From positions 1-44,505 of the forward strand of contig CAZPTH010000001.1 of assembly GCA_964589315.1 (NCBI GenBank): DNA of 44,505 nucleotides. The letters run 5' to 3'. The DNA comes from an uncultured Thermodesulfobacteriota bacterium (lineage in GTDB: Bacteria; Desulfobacterota; S145-22). The translations under genes and the position numbers were made by a program. Under the pieces are notes generated by a model. It was not told the DNA's origin. It saw only the letters and a program-made list of their open reading frames with translations, and did not search any database. Below, one piece after another: positions 1 to 9,147 of the stretch; position 1 is the stretch's first letter, and each line of letters begins with the position of its first letter.

Positions 1-305
1 CTTTCAACCCCGTATGCACTCGCCAGGCGAGCCAGGGAATCGGCGGCCGCTACCAGTTCCCGTGTTACGTTCAGGCCCGTTACGCTGACGACCGACGCGA
101 AGCCCTCGATCGCCGCTTCCCCCGTCCCCCCTTCAAACATGATAGGGTCCCTTGGCGTGGGAAAACCCGCCCGCTGCTCCGGGCAGACCGCCATCCAGGT
201 ATGACCTTCAAGGGCCTTCAATACCCCCGCGTGGAGCCGGCTCGTGCCGTCATACCGGCATTGGAATCCCACTAAACAGGCGCTGACCAGGATGGGAACC
301 GTCAT
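1..305 (-). CDS. DUF523 (YbbK/TudS-like) family protein, 3'-truncated by the window edge
   Basis: Hand translation of the minus strand from ATG at 303-305 gives MTVPILVSACLVGFQCRYDGTSRL...AVCPEQRAGFPTPRDP. This matches the DUF523 signature (VSACLLG.xCRYDG ... CPE..GGLPTPR). The start lies directly after the purN stop. The ORF is not in the supplied track because it runs off the window. Confidence 0.6.
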   Translation of the reverse strand, partial: MTVPILVSACLVGFQCRYDGTSRLHAGVLKALEGHTWMAVCPEQRAGFPTPRDPIMFEGGTGEAAIEGFASVVSVTGLNVTRELVAAADSLARLASAYGVE

Positions 306-965
306 CTATGCAACTGGTTCAATGAATGAGACGTCTTCGTTCTTCTTCGCTCCCTCGACAAAGACGCGGCGACCCTCGACGCGAACCCTCCCCTCCGCTA
401 TCCAGCGAATCACCCTGGGAAAGACCTGATGCTCCATTCGGAGAATCCGGTCAGCCAGAACATCCCCCGTGTCCGTGGGATAAACAGGGACAACCGCCTG
501 GGCAATGATGGGACCCGCGTCTACCCCCTCGTTCACAAAATGGACGGTACACCCGGAAAATCGAACCCCGTATTCCGCCGCCTTCTCCTGAACCCCAACC
601 CCCGGAAACGACGGGAGGAGGGCCGGATGGATATTGACCACCTGCTGGGGAAAGGCCGACAGGAAATGTTCCGTAAGGACCCGCATGAATCCCGCCAGGA
701 CCACGAGGGCTACCCCCTTTTCCTTCAAGGCCTCCATCAGCTCGGTCTCGAACTCCTTCCGGGTCGGATAATCCCTGTGGTCGATCACCCGTGTGGGAAT
801 ACCATGATTCCTCGCCCTTTCCAGGCCATAGGCGCCTGGCTCGTTACTGATCACAATGGAGATCCGCGCCGGGATCTCCCCCCGTTCGATCCCGTCAATG
901 ATCGCCTGGAGATTTGAACCCCTGCCGGAAATCAGGACCCCGATGTTCAACGGTTCTTTTCCCAT
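306..965 (-). CDS. purN: phosphoribosylglycinamide formyltransferase
   Basis: NIGVLISGRGSNLQAII, VLAGFMRVL and NIHPALLPSF are classic PurN motifs. I chose the internal ATG at 965 (MGKEPLNIGV) because it is preceded by GGAGGTGA and does not overlap purM. Confidence 0.9.
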   Translation of the reverse strand: MGKEPLNIGVLISGRGSNLQAIIDGIERGEIPARISIVISNEPGAYGLERARNHGIPTRVIDHRDYPTRKEFETELMEALKEKGVALVVLAGFMRVLTEHFLSAFPQQVVNIHPALLPSFPGVGVQEKAAEYGVRFSGCTVHFVNEGVDAGPIIAQAVVPVYPTDTGDVLADRILRMEHQVFPRVIRWIAEGRVRVEGRRVFVEGAKKNEDVSFIEPVA

Positions 966-972
966 TTCCCCC

Positions 973-2007
973 TCACCTCCAGAGAAAGGATTCCTCTCCC
1001 TCATTTCGCTGGGTAATTCCGCCGATGACGAATGCCGTTTCTTCCAATCCCTTCAGGCGGAGGAGAATCTCATCCACGATCTCCGGGGACACCACCAGGA
1101 CCAGGCCGATCCCGCAGTTGAAGGTGTGATACATCTCATCGTCCGAAAGGTTGCCCTTCCCCTGGATAAAATCAAAGACCGCCGGTCGCTTCCAGCTACC
1201 CCTCTCAACCCACATGGCCGTTCCGTTGGGGAGGATACGGGCACAGTTCCCCGCGATACCTCCCCCCGTGATATGGGCCATTCCCTTGATCTCGAAATCC
1301 CGCAGGAGAGACTTGACGGTCCTGGCATAGATGCGTGTCGGCGTCAGCAGGACCTCTCCCAATTTCGCCTGGAAATCGGGGAGATAGGTATCGTAATCCA
1401 GGTCAGAGGCCTCATCGACGATCTTGCGGATAAGCGAAAAGCCATTGCTGTGCAAACCGTTCGAGGCCACGCCAATCACGGTATCCCCGCTGGAGATGTC
1501 AGTGCCGTCCACGATGGCTTCGTCCTCCACGATCCCCACCACGAAACCGGCAAGGTCATAATCCCCTTTGGCATACATTCCGGGCATCTCCGCCGTTTCC
1601 CCCCCGACCAGGGAACATTCCGCCTCTTCGCATCCCCTTGCGATCCCCTCAATAATCTCCCGCCCTACTCGGGGATCCAGTTCCCCACAGGCAAGATAAT
1701 CGAGGAAGAAAAGGGGGCGGGCCCCTTTTACGATGATGTCGTTCACGCACATGGCCACCAGGTCGATCCCCACCGTGCGATGGATGTCCATGGAGATGGC
1801 GATCTTCAGCTTGGTGCCGACCCCATCCGTGGAAGAAACGAGCACGGGATGATCCATCTCGTATCCCAGGACGGAATAGAGGGCGGCAAAATCCCCAAGG
1901 TCAGATTTTACCTCGGGAGACCATGTCTGCTTGATCCGCCCGGCGATATCCCTGACAAAGGCATCTCCCTTCTCGATATCGACCCCAGCCTCTTTATACG
2001 TGCTCAT
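973..2007 (-). CDS. purM: phosphoribosylformylglycinamidine cyclo-ligase (AIR synthetase)
   Basis: Motifs: MSTYKEAGVDIEKGD, VSSTDGVGTKLKIA, GGETAEMPG, AHITGGG. Start taken at ATG 2007 (MSTYK), preceded by AAGGA. Confidence 0.93.
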   Translation of the reverse strand: MSTYKEAGVDIEKGDAFVRDIAGRIKQTWSPEVKSDLGDFAALYSVLGYEMDHPVLVSSTDGVGTKLKIAISMDIHRTVGIDLVAMCVNDIIVKGARPLFFLDYLACGELDPRVGREIIEGIARGCEEAECSLVGGETAEMPGMYAKGDYDLAGFVVGIVEDEAIVDGTDISSGDTVIGVASNGLHSNGFSLIRKIVDEASDLDYDTYLPDFQAKLGEVLLTPTRIYARTVKSLLRDFEIKGMAHITGGGIAGNCARILPNGTAMWVERGSWKRPAVFDFIQGKGNLSDDEMYHTFNCGIGLVLVVSPEIVDEILLRLKGLEETAFVIGGITQRNEGEESFLWR

Positions 2008-2119
2008 CGGGATTCCTTTCGTTTGCGGGTTTGGATAAATCATAACGCAACCCCCCGTTGAAATCAATCATTTCAACCAACCGATAGACGGGGAAGGCAT
2101 TCTTTCCCCCCCTCTCCGT

Positions 2120-2147
2120 TTGACAAAAGATAAAAAGTGGTTAATAA
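2120..2147 (+). promoter_or_regulatory. candidate sigma70 promoter for the protease gene
   Basis: TTGACA (2120-2125), a 16-nt spacer, then TAATAA (2142-2147). It sits about 25 nt upstream of the ATG at 2172, in the divergent purM/protease intergenic region. Confidence 0.35.
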
Positions 2148-2171
2148 AATGAAGGAAAGGGGAATTTGCGT

Positions 2172-3578
2172 ATGGTAAAGATTTTGCGGTATTACGTTAC
2201 GGGGCTTTCGGTATTTTTCATTTTTACCTTGAGCGCGTCCTCTCTGCGGGCAACCCCTACCGGAGAACTCGAAAGGCGCCGAACCCCTGTGGTTCGGGTG
2301 GTCGAAAAGGTCTCACCGTCCGTCGTGAACATCAGCACAGAAAAGGTTGTTCAGCGCAGTGTGTCCCCTTTCGGGGGATTCGGAAGTCCCTTCTTTGACA
2401 GTTTCTTCAAGGATTTTCTCGCCCCGGAATTCATTCAGCGCTTCAAGCTCCAGACCCTGGGTTCCGGCATCGTCTTTTCGGGCGGGAAAAGGGTCGTGAC
2501 CAATGAGCACGTCATCGACCAGGCCCAGGAGATTTCCGTTATCACCAACAAGGGAAAGCGCTTCTCCGCGACCCTGGTGGGTGCCGACCCCGTAACGGAT
2601 CTCGCGGTCCTCAAAATCAAGGGAAAGACAACTCTCCCCCCTATCCAGTTGGGAACCTCTTCAGACCTGATGATCGGGGAGACGGTCATTGCCATCGGGA
2701 ACCCCTTCGGCCTTTCTAACACCGTCACGACCGGGGTCATCAGCTCCCTGCACCGTTCCCTCCACAGCAAAGGAAGAATCTACAAGGACCTCATCCAGAC
2801 GGATGCCTCCATCAACCCCGGAAACAGCGGCGGTCCCCTCCTCAACATCCTGGGAAAGGTCATTGGCATCAACACGGCCATCTATGGCAACGCCCAGGGA
2901 ATCGGGTTCGCCATCCCCATCGACAAGGTGAGAAGGATTTCTTCCGCCCTCATTGAATACGGGGAAGTCCCACCCGTCTGGATCGGCATCGACTGCCAGG
3001 CCCTGACCCCTGCCATTGCCAGGCATTTCAATTTCAAGGGAGACAAGGGCATCCTGGTGACTGCCATTGAACCTGGAAGCCCCGCCGCAAGGGCGGACCT
3101 GAAGGCCGGGGATATTGTCGTCTCCCTCAACCACGATCCCGTTTTATCGACCTTCATGTTCCAGCAGATCCTCAATCAGCACCTGCCCGGAGATCACATC
3201 GACCTGACCATCATCCGCAACGGCAAAACACGGAAGCTGGCCCTGACACTCAAACGGCTCACACCCAATCACGGGGCCTTCCTCGTTCGTCGCATCTTTG
3301 GCTTCGAGCTGAGGGACCTGAACCGAAAGGAACGGCATCTCTTATCAGGGTCAGGGGTAACGGGTATCGCCGTTTCCGGTATCATCCCTCACTCCTTCGC
3401 ATCGAGCAACGGCCTGCGTAAAGGCGATATCCTCCTTCGACTCAACGGGAAACCATTGAAACAGGTCCGGGACTTCAGAAAGGTCGTGATCCGTTCCATC
3501 CGGACGGGGAGATTCGAAATTGTTCTCCTGAGGGGCGGTTATACCTACAAAATCGTTTTCGATCTCTATCAATCCTGA
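2172..3578 (+). CDS. HtrA/DegP/DegQ-family periplasmic serine endoprotease with two PDZ domains
   Basis: It has an N-terminal signal/anchor. The trypsin-like triad context is VVTNEHVI, DLAVLKI and GNSGGPLLN. Two PDZ-like segments are present (GILVTAIEPGSPAARADLKAGDIVV and GIAVSGIIPHSFASSNGLRKGDILL). Confidence 0.88.
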   Translation: MVKILRYYVTGLSVFFIFTLSASSLRATPTGELERRRTPVVRVVEKVSPSVVNISTEKVVQRSVSPFGGFGSPFFDSFFKDFLAPEFIQRFKLQTLGSGIVFSGGKRVVTNEHVIDQAQEISVITNKGKRFSATLVGADPVTDLAVLKIKGKTTLPPIQLGTSSDLMIGETVIAIGNPFGLSNTVTTGVISSLHRSLHSKGRIYKDLIQTDASINPGNSGGPLLNILGKVIGINTAIYGNAQGIGFAIPIDKVRRISSALIEYGEVPPVWIGIDCQALTPAIARHFNFKGDKGILVTAIEPGSPAARADLKAGDIVVSLNHDPVLSTFMFQQILNQHLPGDHIDLTIIRNGKTRKLALTLKRLTPNHGAFLVRRIFGFELRDLNRKERHLLSGSGVTGIAVSGIIPHSFASSNGLRKGDILLRLNGKPLKQVRDFRKVVIRSIRTGRFEIVLLRGGYTYKIVFDLYQS

Positions 3579-3608
3579 TGCACTCTCAAAATACTTAAGG
3601 AGGGAAAA

Positions 3609-4010
3609 ATGGAAAAATCTTCGGAAGACAAGGGGTTCAAGGTAAAAGACAGGCGAAAGATATTTGACACGGAGCCAAAAGAAGAAGAAAAGACCGATAC
3701 CGGTAAGGCCGAAGAGAAAAAAGGGACGGGAGAACCCCCCAAAGAGGACACCACGGTCCTGCCTGAAATCAATTTCTCTACCTTTATCCTGTCGCTGAGC
3801 ACATCGACCCTCATGCACCTTGGGGAACTCCCCAACCCGGAAACCAACCAGGTAGAGAAAAACCTCTCCCTCGCCAAACAGACCATCGACCTGATCGACA
3901 TGCTGAAGAAAAAGACGGAAGGGAACCTGGACAAGGATGAAGACCAGCTCATCACGAACCTCCTCTACGACCTGAAGCTGAAATATGTCGCCGCGATCAA
4001 GGCGGGATAG
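3609..4010 (+). CDS. DUF1844 domain protein
   Basis: Acidic/lysine-rich N-terminus, then INFSTFILSLSTSTLMHLGE...NLSLAKQTIDLIDMLKKKTEGNL...LLYDLKLKYV. This matches the DUF1844 pattern as I recall it. A good RBS (AAGGAGGG) lies upstream. Confidence 0.75.
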   Translation: MEKSSEDKGFKVKDRRKIFDTEPKEEEKTDTGKAEEKKGTGEPPKEDTTVLPEINFSTFILSLSTSTLMHLGELPNPETNQVEKNLSLAKQTIDLIDMLKKKTEGNLDKDEDQLITNLLYDLKLKYVAAIKAG

Positions 4011-4677
4011 GAGTCACGCCGGTTTCGGAATCATTTTCGATTTCGACGGAACCCTGGCCCACATGTCCATCGATTTTGACGCGATGCGACGGGCCATCAA
4101 TGCCCTCTTCGCACGGCATCATGTCCCTCCAGAGTCGCTGAAGCGTCGCTTCATCCTGGAACGTATTGATGAGGTGTTCGATACGATCCATAAAAATGAC
4201 CCCTCTCTCGCCCAAAAGGTCAGGAAAGAGGCCTTTTCCCTCATCGAGACGATGGAACTGGCCGCGGCGGCCCGCAGTCACCTTCTGCCCGGCGTTTATC
4301 CTCGTCTCCTGCGATTGAAGAAACGTGGTATACGGCTTGCCATCGCCACGAGAAACTGTGAAAAGGCCCTGAAAAGCGTCATCGGGAAGGCCAGCATCTT
4401 TTTCGATGTCATCCTGACCCGGGAAAACAGCCTGGCCTACAAACCGGAAAAAGGGGCCCTCGAACCTATCCTGGAAAGGTTCTCCCTGCCCAGCGACCAT
4501 GTCATCATGATCGGCGATCATCCCATGGATATCCTCACGGCCCGTGGGGTTTCCATTGTCCCTATCGGTGTCCTGACCGGGACGGGAACAAGGCAGGAAC
4601 TTGCCGAGGCGGGGGCCCTTCGCGTCTTCAAACATGTAAACCAGGCCATTGATATCTTCCTCAGAAGCCTCCGCTGA
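3985..4677 (+). CDS. HAD-superfamily hydrolase (phosphoglycolate phosphatase-like)
   Basis: HAD motif I is FDFDGTL, motif II is ATRN, and motif IV is GDHPMDI. The only in-frame start is ATG 3985, which overlaps the previous gene by 26 nt. Confidence 0.8.
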   Translation: MSPRSRRDRSHAGFGIIFDFDGTLAHMSIDFDAMRRAINALFARHHVPPESLKRRFILERIDEVFDTIHKNDPSLAQKVRKEAFSLIETMELAAAARSHLLPGVYPRLLRLKKRGIRLAIATRNCEKALKSVIGKASIFFDVILTRENSLAYKPEKGALEPILERFSLPSDHVIMIGDHPMDILTARGVSIVPIGVLTGTGTRQELAEAGALRVFKHVNQAIDIFLRSLR

Positions 4678-4700
4678 TTGTCTCCCGGGAGGCTATCCAT

Positions 4701-4729
4701 TTGATTCAGCCCCCCATTTAGGGTATAAA
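4701..4729 (+). promoter_or_regulatory. candidate sigma70 promoter for relA/spoT
   Basis: TTGATT (4701-4706), a 17-nt spacer, then TATAAA (4724-4729). This is followed by AAAGGAGG and the TTG start at 4750. Confidence 0.4.
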
Positions 4730-4749
4730 TTCTACAAAGGAGGCGGACC

Positions 4750-6891
4750 TTGATTCGGATCGGTGACATCATAGAACGGATTGAATCGTATAACCCGGAC
4801 TATGATGAAGAGCTCATCCAGAAGGCCTATATCTTCTCCGCAAAGGCGCATCAGGGACAGATTCGTCTCTCGGGAGAACCCTACCTCATCCATCCCCTGG
4901 AGGTGGCGGGCATTCTGGCGGAGATGCAACTGGACGAACAGACCATCGCCACGGGACTTCTCCACGACACGATTGAAGACACATACGCCACCTACGAACA
5001 GTTGAAAGACCTCTTTGGCAAGGAAGTCGCGGACCTGGTCGAAGGCGTCACGAAAATCAGCAAGATGTCCTTCGAGAGCAGCGAAGACACCCAGGCGGAG
5101 AACTTCCGAAAAATGATCCTGGCCATGACAAAAGATATCCGGGTGATCCTGGTCAAACTGGCCGACCGGCTTCACAACATGAGAACCCTGGAATTTCAGA
5201 AACCGGAAGGTCGCCAGCGGATCGCCCAGGAAACCATTGAAATCTACGCCCCCATCGCGAATCGGCTCGGCATTGAATGGATGAAATCGGAACTGGAAGA
5301 CCTTTCATTCAAATACATTATGACCGATGCCTATCTCACCCTGGAAAGGGAGATTGCGAAAAGCGAGAAGGAGCGGAACCGTTACATCGAGTATGTGAAA
5401 CGCATCCTCGAGGAAAAACTGATGGAAAACGGGATCCCCGCCAGGGTCTCGGGACGCCCGAAGCACCTCTACAGCATCTTCAGGAAGATGCAGAGTCAGA
5501 ACATAGACTTTAACGATATCTACGACATTACGGCCTTTCGGGTCATCGTGAATACCATTCCCGAATGTTACGAGGTCCTGGGCATCATCCATAACCTCTG
5601 GACCCCCATCCCCGGAAAGTTCAAGGACTACATCGCCCTCCCAAAGGCCAACCTCTATCAGTCCCTTCACACGACCGTCATCGGCCCCAAGGGGGAAAGG
5701 ATCGAGATCCAGATCCGAACCCACGAGATGCACGAGGTGGCCGAAATGGGAATCGCCGCCCACTGGAAATACAAGGAAGGGATCAACCTGGACGAGAAGG
5801 ACGACAAGCGCTTCCGGTGGCTACGCCAGCTCTTCGAATACCAAAAGGACCTGAAAAACAACGCCGAATTCTTAGAAACCATCAAGATCGACCTCTTCCC
5901 AGACGAGGTCTTCGTCTTCACCCCAACGGGAGAGGTCAAGGAGTTCCCCCGCGGATCCACCCCCATTGATTTCGCCTACAGCATTCATACCGAGGTGGGG
6001 AACCGCTGTAAGGGTGCCAAGGTCAACGGGAAGATCGTCCCCCTGAGATATGTCCTGCATAACGGGGACAGTGTCGAAATCATCACCCATCCCCAGGCCC
6101 ATCCCAGCAAGGACTGGCTGAAGATTGTCAAGACATCCCGGGCGAGAACAAAGATTCGGCAATGGATCAAGACACAGGAACGGGAACAGAGCATCCAGCT
6201 GGGCAAGGACCTGCTGGAAAAGGAAACCAAGCGGTACGCCGTCAGCTTCAACAAGCTGTATAAGAATGGCTCTCTCAAGGAGGTCGCCGAGGCCTTCAGC
6301 CTGCGGACCGTGGATGACCTGCTCGCCACGATAGGGTATGGGAAAATAACGCCCCGGCAGGTGATTCGCCGCGTCCTCCCCCCTGAAAAGCTGGAAACCG
6401 AGGAAGAAAAACCCCTCAAAAAGATTATCTCCAAAATCAAGCGGAAGGACCAGAGCCCCATCCTCATCCGCGGGGTCGATAACGTCATGGTCAAACTGGC
6501 CAAATGCTGCAATCCCCTGCCGGGAGACAAGATCGTTGGGTTCATCACGCGCGGCCGGGGGATTACCATTCACAAGGCGGATTGTGAAAAGGTCCTCGAT
6601 TCAGATCCCCAGCGGCTCATCGAGGCCAAGTGGAAGGTGGATGACAGCGTCCGCCACCCCGTCCGGATCGAAACGGCCTGCACGGACCGACGGGGGATCC
6701 TGGCGGAGATCACCAAGGAGTTGACGGCGCAGGGTGCCGATATTTTAAGCGCCCATGTCCAGACGACTCAGGATCACCAGGCCATTAACCAGTTCGTTAT
6801 CTCAATCAAGGATTTGAAGCATTTAAACAAGATCATACGCGCCCTCAACCAGATCAAGGGCGTCACGGAGGTCAAAAGAATCCACGCCTGA
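4750..6891 (+). CDS. relA: bifunctional (p)ppGpp synthetase / hydrolase (RelA/SpoT homolog)
   Basis: HD hydrolase domain (HPLEVAGILAEM...LHDTIEDT), synthetase domain (RPKHLYSIFRKM, DITAFRVIV, EIQIRTHEMH), TGS (VFVFTPTGEVKEFPRGSTPIDFAYSIH) and a C-terminal ACT domain. The apparent start is TTG. Confidence 0.93.
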   Translation: MIRIGDIIERIESYNPDYDEELIQKAYIFSAKAHQGQIRLSGEPYLIHPLEVAGILAEMQLDEQTIATGLLHDTIEDTYATYEQLKDLFGKEVADLVEGVTKISKMSFESSEDTQAENFRKMILAMTKDIRVILVKLADRLHNMRTLEFQKPEGRQRIAQETIEIYAPIANRLGIEWMKSELEDLSFKYIMTDAYLTLEREIAKSEKERNRYIEYVKRILEEKLMENGIPARVSGRPKHLYSIFRKMQSQNIDFNDIYDITAFRVIVNTIPECYEVLGIIHNLWTPIPGKFKDYIALPKANLYQSLHTTVIGPKGERIEIQIRTHEMHEVAEMGIAAHWKYKEGINLDEKDDKRFRWLRQLFEYQKDLKNNAEFLETIKIDLFPDEVFVFTPTGEVKEFPRGSTPIDFAYSIHTEVGNRCKGAKVNGKIVPLRYVLHNGDSVEIITHPQAHPSKDWLKIVKTSRARTKIRQWIKTQEREQSIQLGKDLLEKETKRYAVSFNKLYKNGSLKEVAEAFSLRTVDDLLATIGYGKITPRQVIRRVLPPEKLETEEEKPLKKIISKIKRKDQSPILIRGVDNVMVKLAKCCNPLPGDKIVGFITRGRGITIHKADCEKVLDSDPQRLIEAKWKVDDSVRHPVRIETACTDRRGILAEITKELTAQGADILSAHVQTTQDHQAINQFVISIKDLKHLNKIIRALNQIKGVTEVKRIHA

Positions 6892-6911
6892 CGGTGGATA
6901 CCGCCGTCAGG
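6887..6911. terminator. GC-rich hairpin between the convergent relA and rpmB genes (possible bidirectional terminator)
   Basis: CCTGACGGTGG-ata-CCGCCGTCAGG forms an 11-bp stem with one G-U pair. It includes the relA stop codon. The flanking A/T runs are weak, so termination efficiency is uncertain. Confidence 0.35.
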
Positions 6912-6935
6912 CGGTAGAAAAAATTCCTTTCCGGG

Positions 6936-7139
6936 TCAGCCCTTGAAAGTGGAGGGTTTCGTAACCCGACCCGACCGGATACAACGGGTACAGACCTTCA
7001 TGCGTTTTACCCTGCCGTTTACCACGACGCGGATCTTCTGGAGATTGGGATACCAAACCTTTTTCGATTTATTGTGAGCGTGGCTCACATTATATCCAAC
7101 CATCGGGCCTTTTCCACATATTTCACACACGCGAGACAT
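6936..7139 (-). CDS. rpmB: 50S ribosomal protein L28
   Basis: [35 protein letters not shown]. Start chosen at ATG 7139, 6 nt downstream of GGAGG. Confidence 0.93.
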   Translation of the reverse strand: MSRVCEICGKGPMVGYNVSHAHNKSKKVWYPNLQKIRVVVNGRVKRMKVCTRCIRSGRVTKPSTFKG

Positions 7140-7250
7140 TCGCATCCTCCTTTGTTTTCTCAGGAAAGCGGTTACTCATATCAGATTTCATCCAAACTTG
7201 CAAGGCCTTAATGGCCAATTTTACGGTCAGGCTCGAAAAAAAGGCCTCTG

Positions 7251-8171
7251 CTATGCGCGCGGATGGAAGGCCTTGTGCACCTTGATGAGGTGGTCCTTCG
7301 TCAGGTGCGTATAGATCTGGGTCGTGGAGATGTCCGCGTGTCCCAGCATCATCTGGACGGAACGCAGATCGGCCCCGCGTTCGAGGAGGTGGGTGGCAAA
7401 GCAGTGGCGGAGGGTATGGGGACTGATCTCCTCGCGGACATTCCCCTTCAGCGCGTATAATTTGATCATCTTCCAGACGATCTGCCGGGAAAGGGGCCTC
7501 CCCAGTCTCGAAAGGAATACCTCCTCCCGCTCGACAGACCCTGTCACCTTTTTTCGGACGTCATCGCAATAGGTCTTGAGCCACTCCATAGCCGTTCGTC
7601 CCACGGGAATGAGGCGCTCCTTGCTCCCCTTCCCGAAAACCTTTACAAACCCCTCGTTCCAGAAAATCCCCTGCAGCGGAAGGGCCACGAGTTCGGAAAC
7701 CCGCATGCCCGTGGCGTAGAGGAGTTCCAGGATGGCCCGATCCCTGATCCCTTTGGGGGTGCCTGTGTCAGGCTGTTCCAGGATCTTCTCCACCTCCTGG
7801 AGGGAGATGACATGGGGCAGGGCCTGACGCAAATGGGGGGTCTGAATCTCCTCCGTGGGGTCGTTACTGATAGCCCCCTGCCGGGCAAGAAAATGGAAAA
7901 ACCCCCGAATGGCGGAAAGCTTCCGGTTGATGGTCCGTTGCGTCATCCCCCGGTCTTTCAGGGATTTCATGAACCCCAGGATGGAATACATATCCACGCC
8001 ATCGACCCGCGCCCCACCCTTTTCATGATAGAAGGAGAAAAACTGCGTCAGATCGTGGCGATACCCGGAGACCGTGTGGGGTGAAAAGCCCTTTTCCATG
8101 AGGAGATATTGGGTAAACTTCATAATATCCGGCTCAAAGAATCGATCTTCTTCGACAGGCAAGGCTTCCAT
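7251..8171 (-). CDS. xerD: tyrosine site-specific recombinase, XerC/XerD family (XerD-like)
   Basis: C-terminal catalytic region HTLRHCFATHLLERGADLRSVQMMLGHADISTTQIYTH...HPRA, plus an N-terminal SAM-like domain (FTQYLLMEKGFSPHTVSGYRHDL). I cannot firmly decide between XerC and XerD by eye. Confidence 0.75.
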   Translation of the reverse strand: MEALPVEEDRFFEPDIMKFTQYLLMEKGFSPHTVSGYRHDLTQFFSFYHEKGGARVDGVDMYSILGFMKSLKDRGMTQRTINRKLSAIRGFFHFLARQGAISNDPTEEIQTPHLRQALPHVISLQEVEKILEQPDTGTPKGIRDRAILELLYATGMRVSELVALPLQGIFWNEGFVKVFGKGSKERLIPVGRTAMEWLKTYCDDVRKKVTGSVEREEVFLSRLGRPLSRQIVWKMIKLYALKGNVREEISPHTLRHCFATHLLERGADLRSVQMMLGHADISTTQIYTHLTKDHLIKVHKAFHPRA

Positions 8172-8194
8172 CTCCCCCTCGCGGCACGCGTTCC

Positions 8195-8686
8195 CTAATC
8201 GAGGTCTATGACTTCCACATGCCTCGGGTTCAAGTCACTCAGGTCCAGGCACACGACGGTCCGCCGATTTGTCAGATAGCCACAGACCTCTCCCGGGTTG
8301 ACGCACAGGCAGCCGTTTTTTTCGTAGACCTCCAAGGCGTGGGTATGTCCATAGCAGATAAGGTCAAAATGTCCCGAGTCGGATAAGGCGTCTTTCATGG
8401 GGTTTACATGGTCCAGAAAGATCCTCTTCCCTTCGATCTCAAGGGAAAGGTTCCCGCTCTTTATCCTTCCCCCTGACGCCTTCGTCAGGCCCTGGATTTC
8501 CCCATCATTGTTTCCGAAAACGCCAATCCAGTCAGACTTTAACCCCTCCAGGGGACGAAGGGCAAAAGGGGCACAGTAATCGCCCAGATGGAGAACCAGG
8601 TTAACGTCGGCCTCGTTTAACACCTCCACCGCCCTTTCGATATACGGCAGATTGTCGTGCGTATCCGACATGATCCCGATTTTCAT
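8195..8686 (-). CDS. YfcE/MJ0936-family metallophosphoesterase
   Basis: Motifs: MKIGIMSDTHDN, HLGDY, GNNDGE, GHTH. Confidence 0.8.
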   Translation of the reverse strand: MKIGIMSDTHDNLPYIERAVEVLNEADVNLVLHLGDYCAPFALRPLEGLKSDWIGVFGNNDGEIQGLTKASGGRIKSGNLSLEIEGKRIFLDHVNPMKDALSDSGHFDLICYGHTHALEVYEKNGCLCVNPGEVCGYLTNRRTVVCLDLSDLNPRHVEVIDLD

Positions 8687-8695
8687 ACGTCCCTC

Positions 8696-9145
8696 CTACC
8701 GCCCGGAATGGCCGAATCCCCCGCTTCCCCTCTGGGTCCGGGTCTTTTCTTCCCTTATGACGAATCGAGCGGGCCAGACCTTGCCAATCACGAGCTGGGC
8801 GATTCGATCTCCATCCCGTATCCACACGGCCTCGTTTCCCAGGTTGATGAGCAGAATTTTAATCTCTCCCCGATAATCAGAATCGATCGTCCCGGGGGTA
8901 TTGAGAAGGGTGACACCCGTATGGTAGGCCCACCCGCTCCGCGGTCGGAGCTGGGCCTCAACCCCCATGGGCAGGCTCAAGGCGAATCCCGTTGGGACAA
9001 GGGTCCGTTCACCGGGTGCGAGGTGAATCGGCTCCTCGAGCATCGCCTGGATATCCCACCCGGCCGCCCCCTCCGTCGCCTTTTTCGGGAGGCGGGCGCG
9101 TGCCTCGGATATCAGGGGGTGAAACGCTATTTCTATCTCTTCCAT
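8696..9145 (-). CDS. dut: dUTP diphosphatase
   Basis: Motifs: ATEGAAGWDI, PRSGWAYHTGV, GTIDSDYRGEI, RIAQLVI. I preferred ATG at 9145, 2 nt after the M16 peptidase stop, over the TTG at 9151 used by the track. Confidence 0.9.
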   Translation of the reverse strand: MEEIEIAFHPLISEARARLPKKATEGAAGWDIQAMLEEPIHLAPGERTLVPTGFALSLPMGVEAQLRPRSGWAYHTGVTLLNTPGTIDSDYRGEIKILLINLGNEAVWIRDGDRIAQLVIGKVWPARFVIREEKTRTQRGSGGFGHSGR

Positions 9146-9147
9146 TT

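Noticed and set aside
7251-8171. Tyrosine recombinase as a marker of an integrated mobile element
   Set aside because: It sits in a conserved housekeeping context, has Xer-type N- and C-terminal motifs, and has no flanking repeats, tRNA or phage/transposon genes. It is most likely the chromosome dimer-resolution recombinase.
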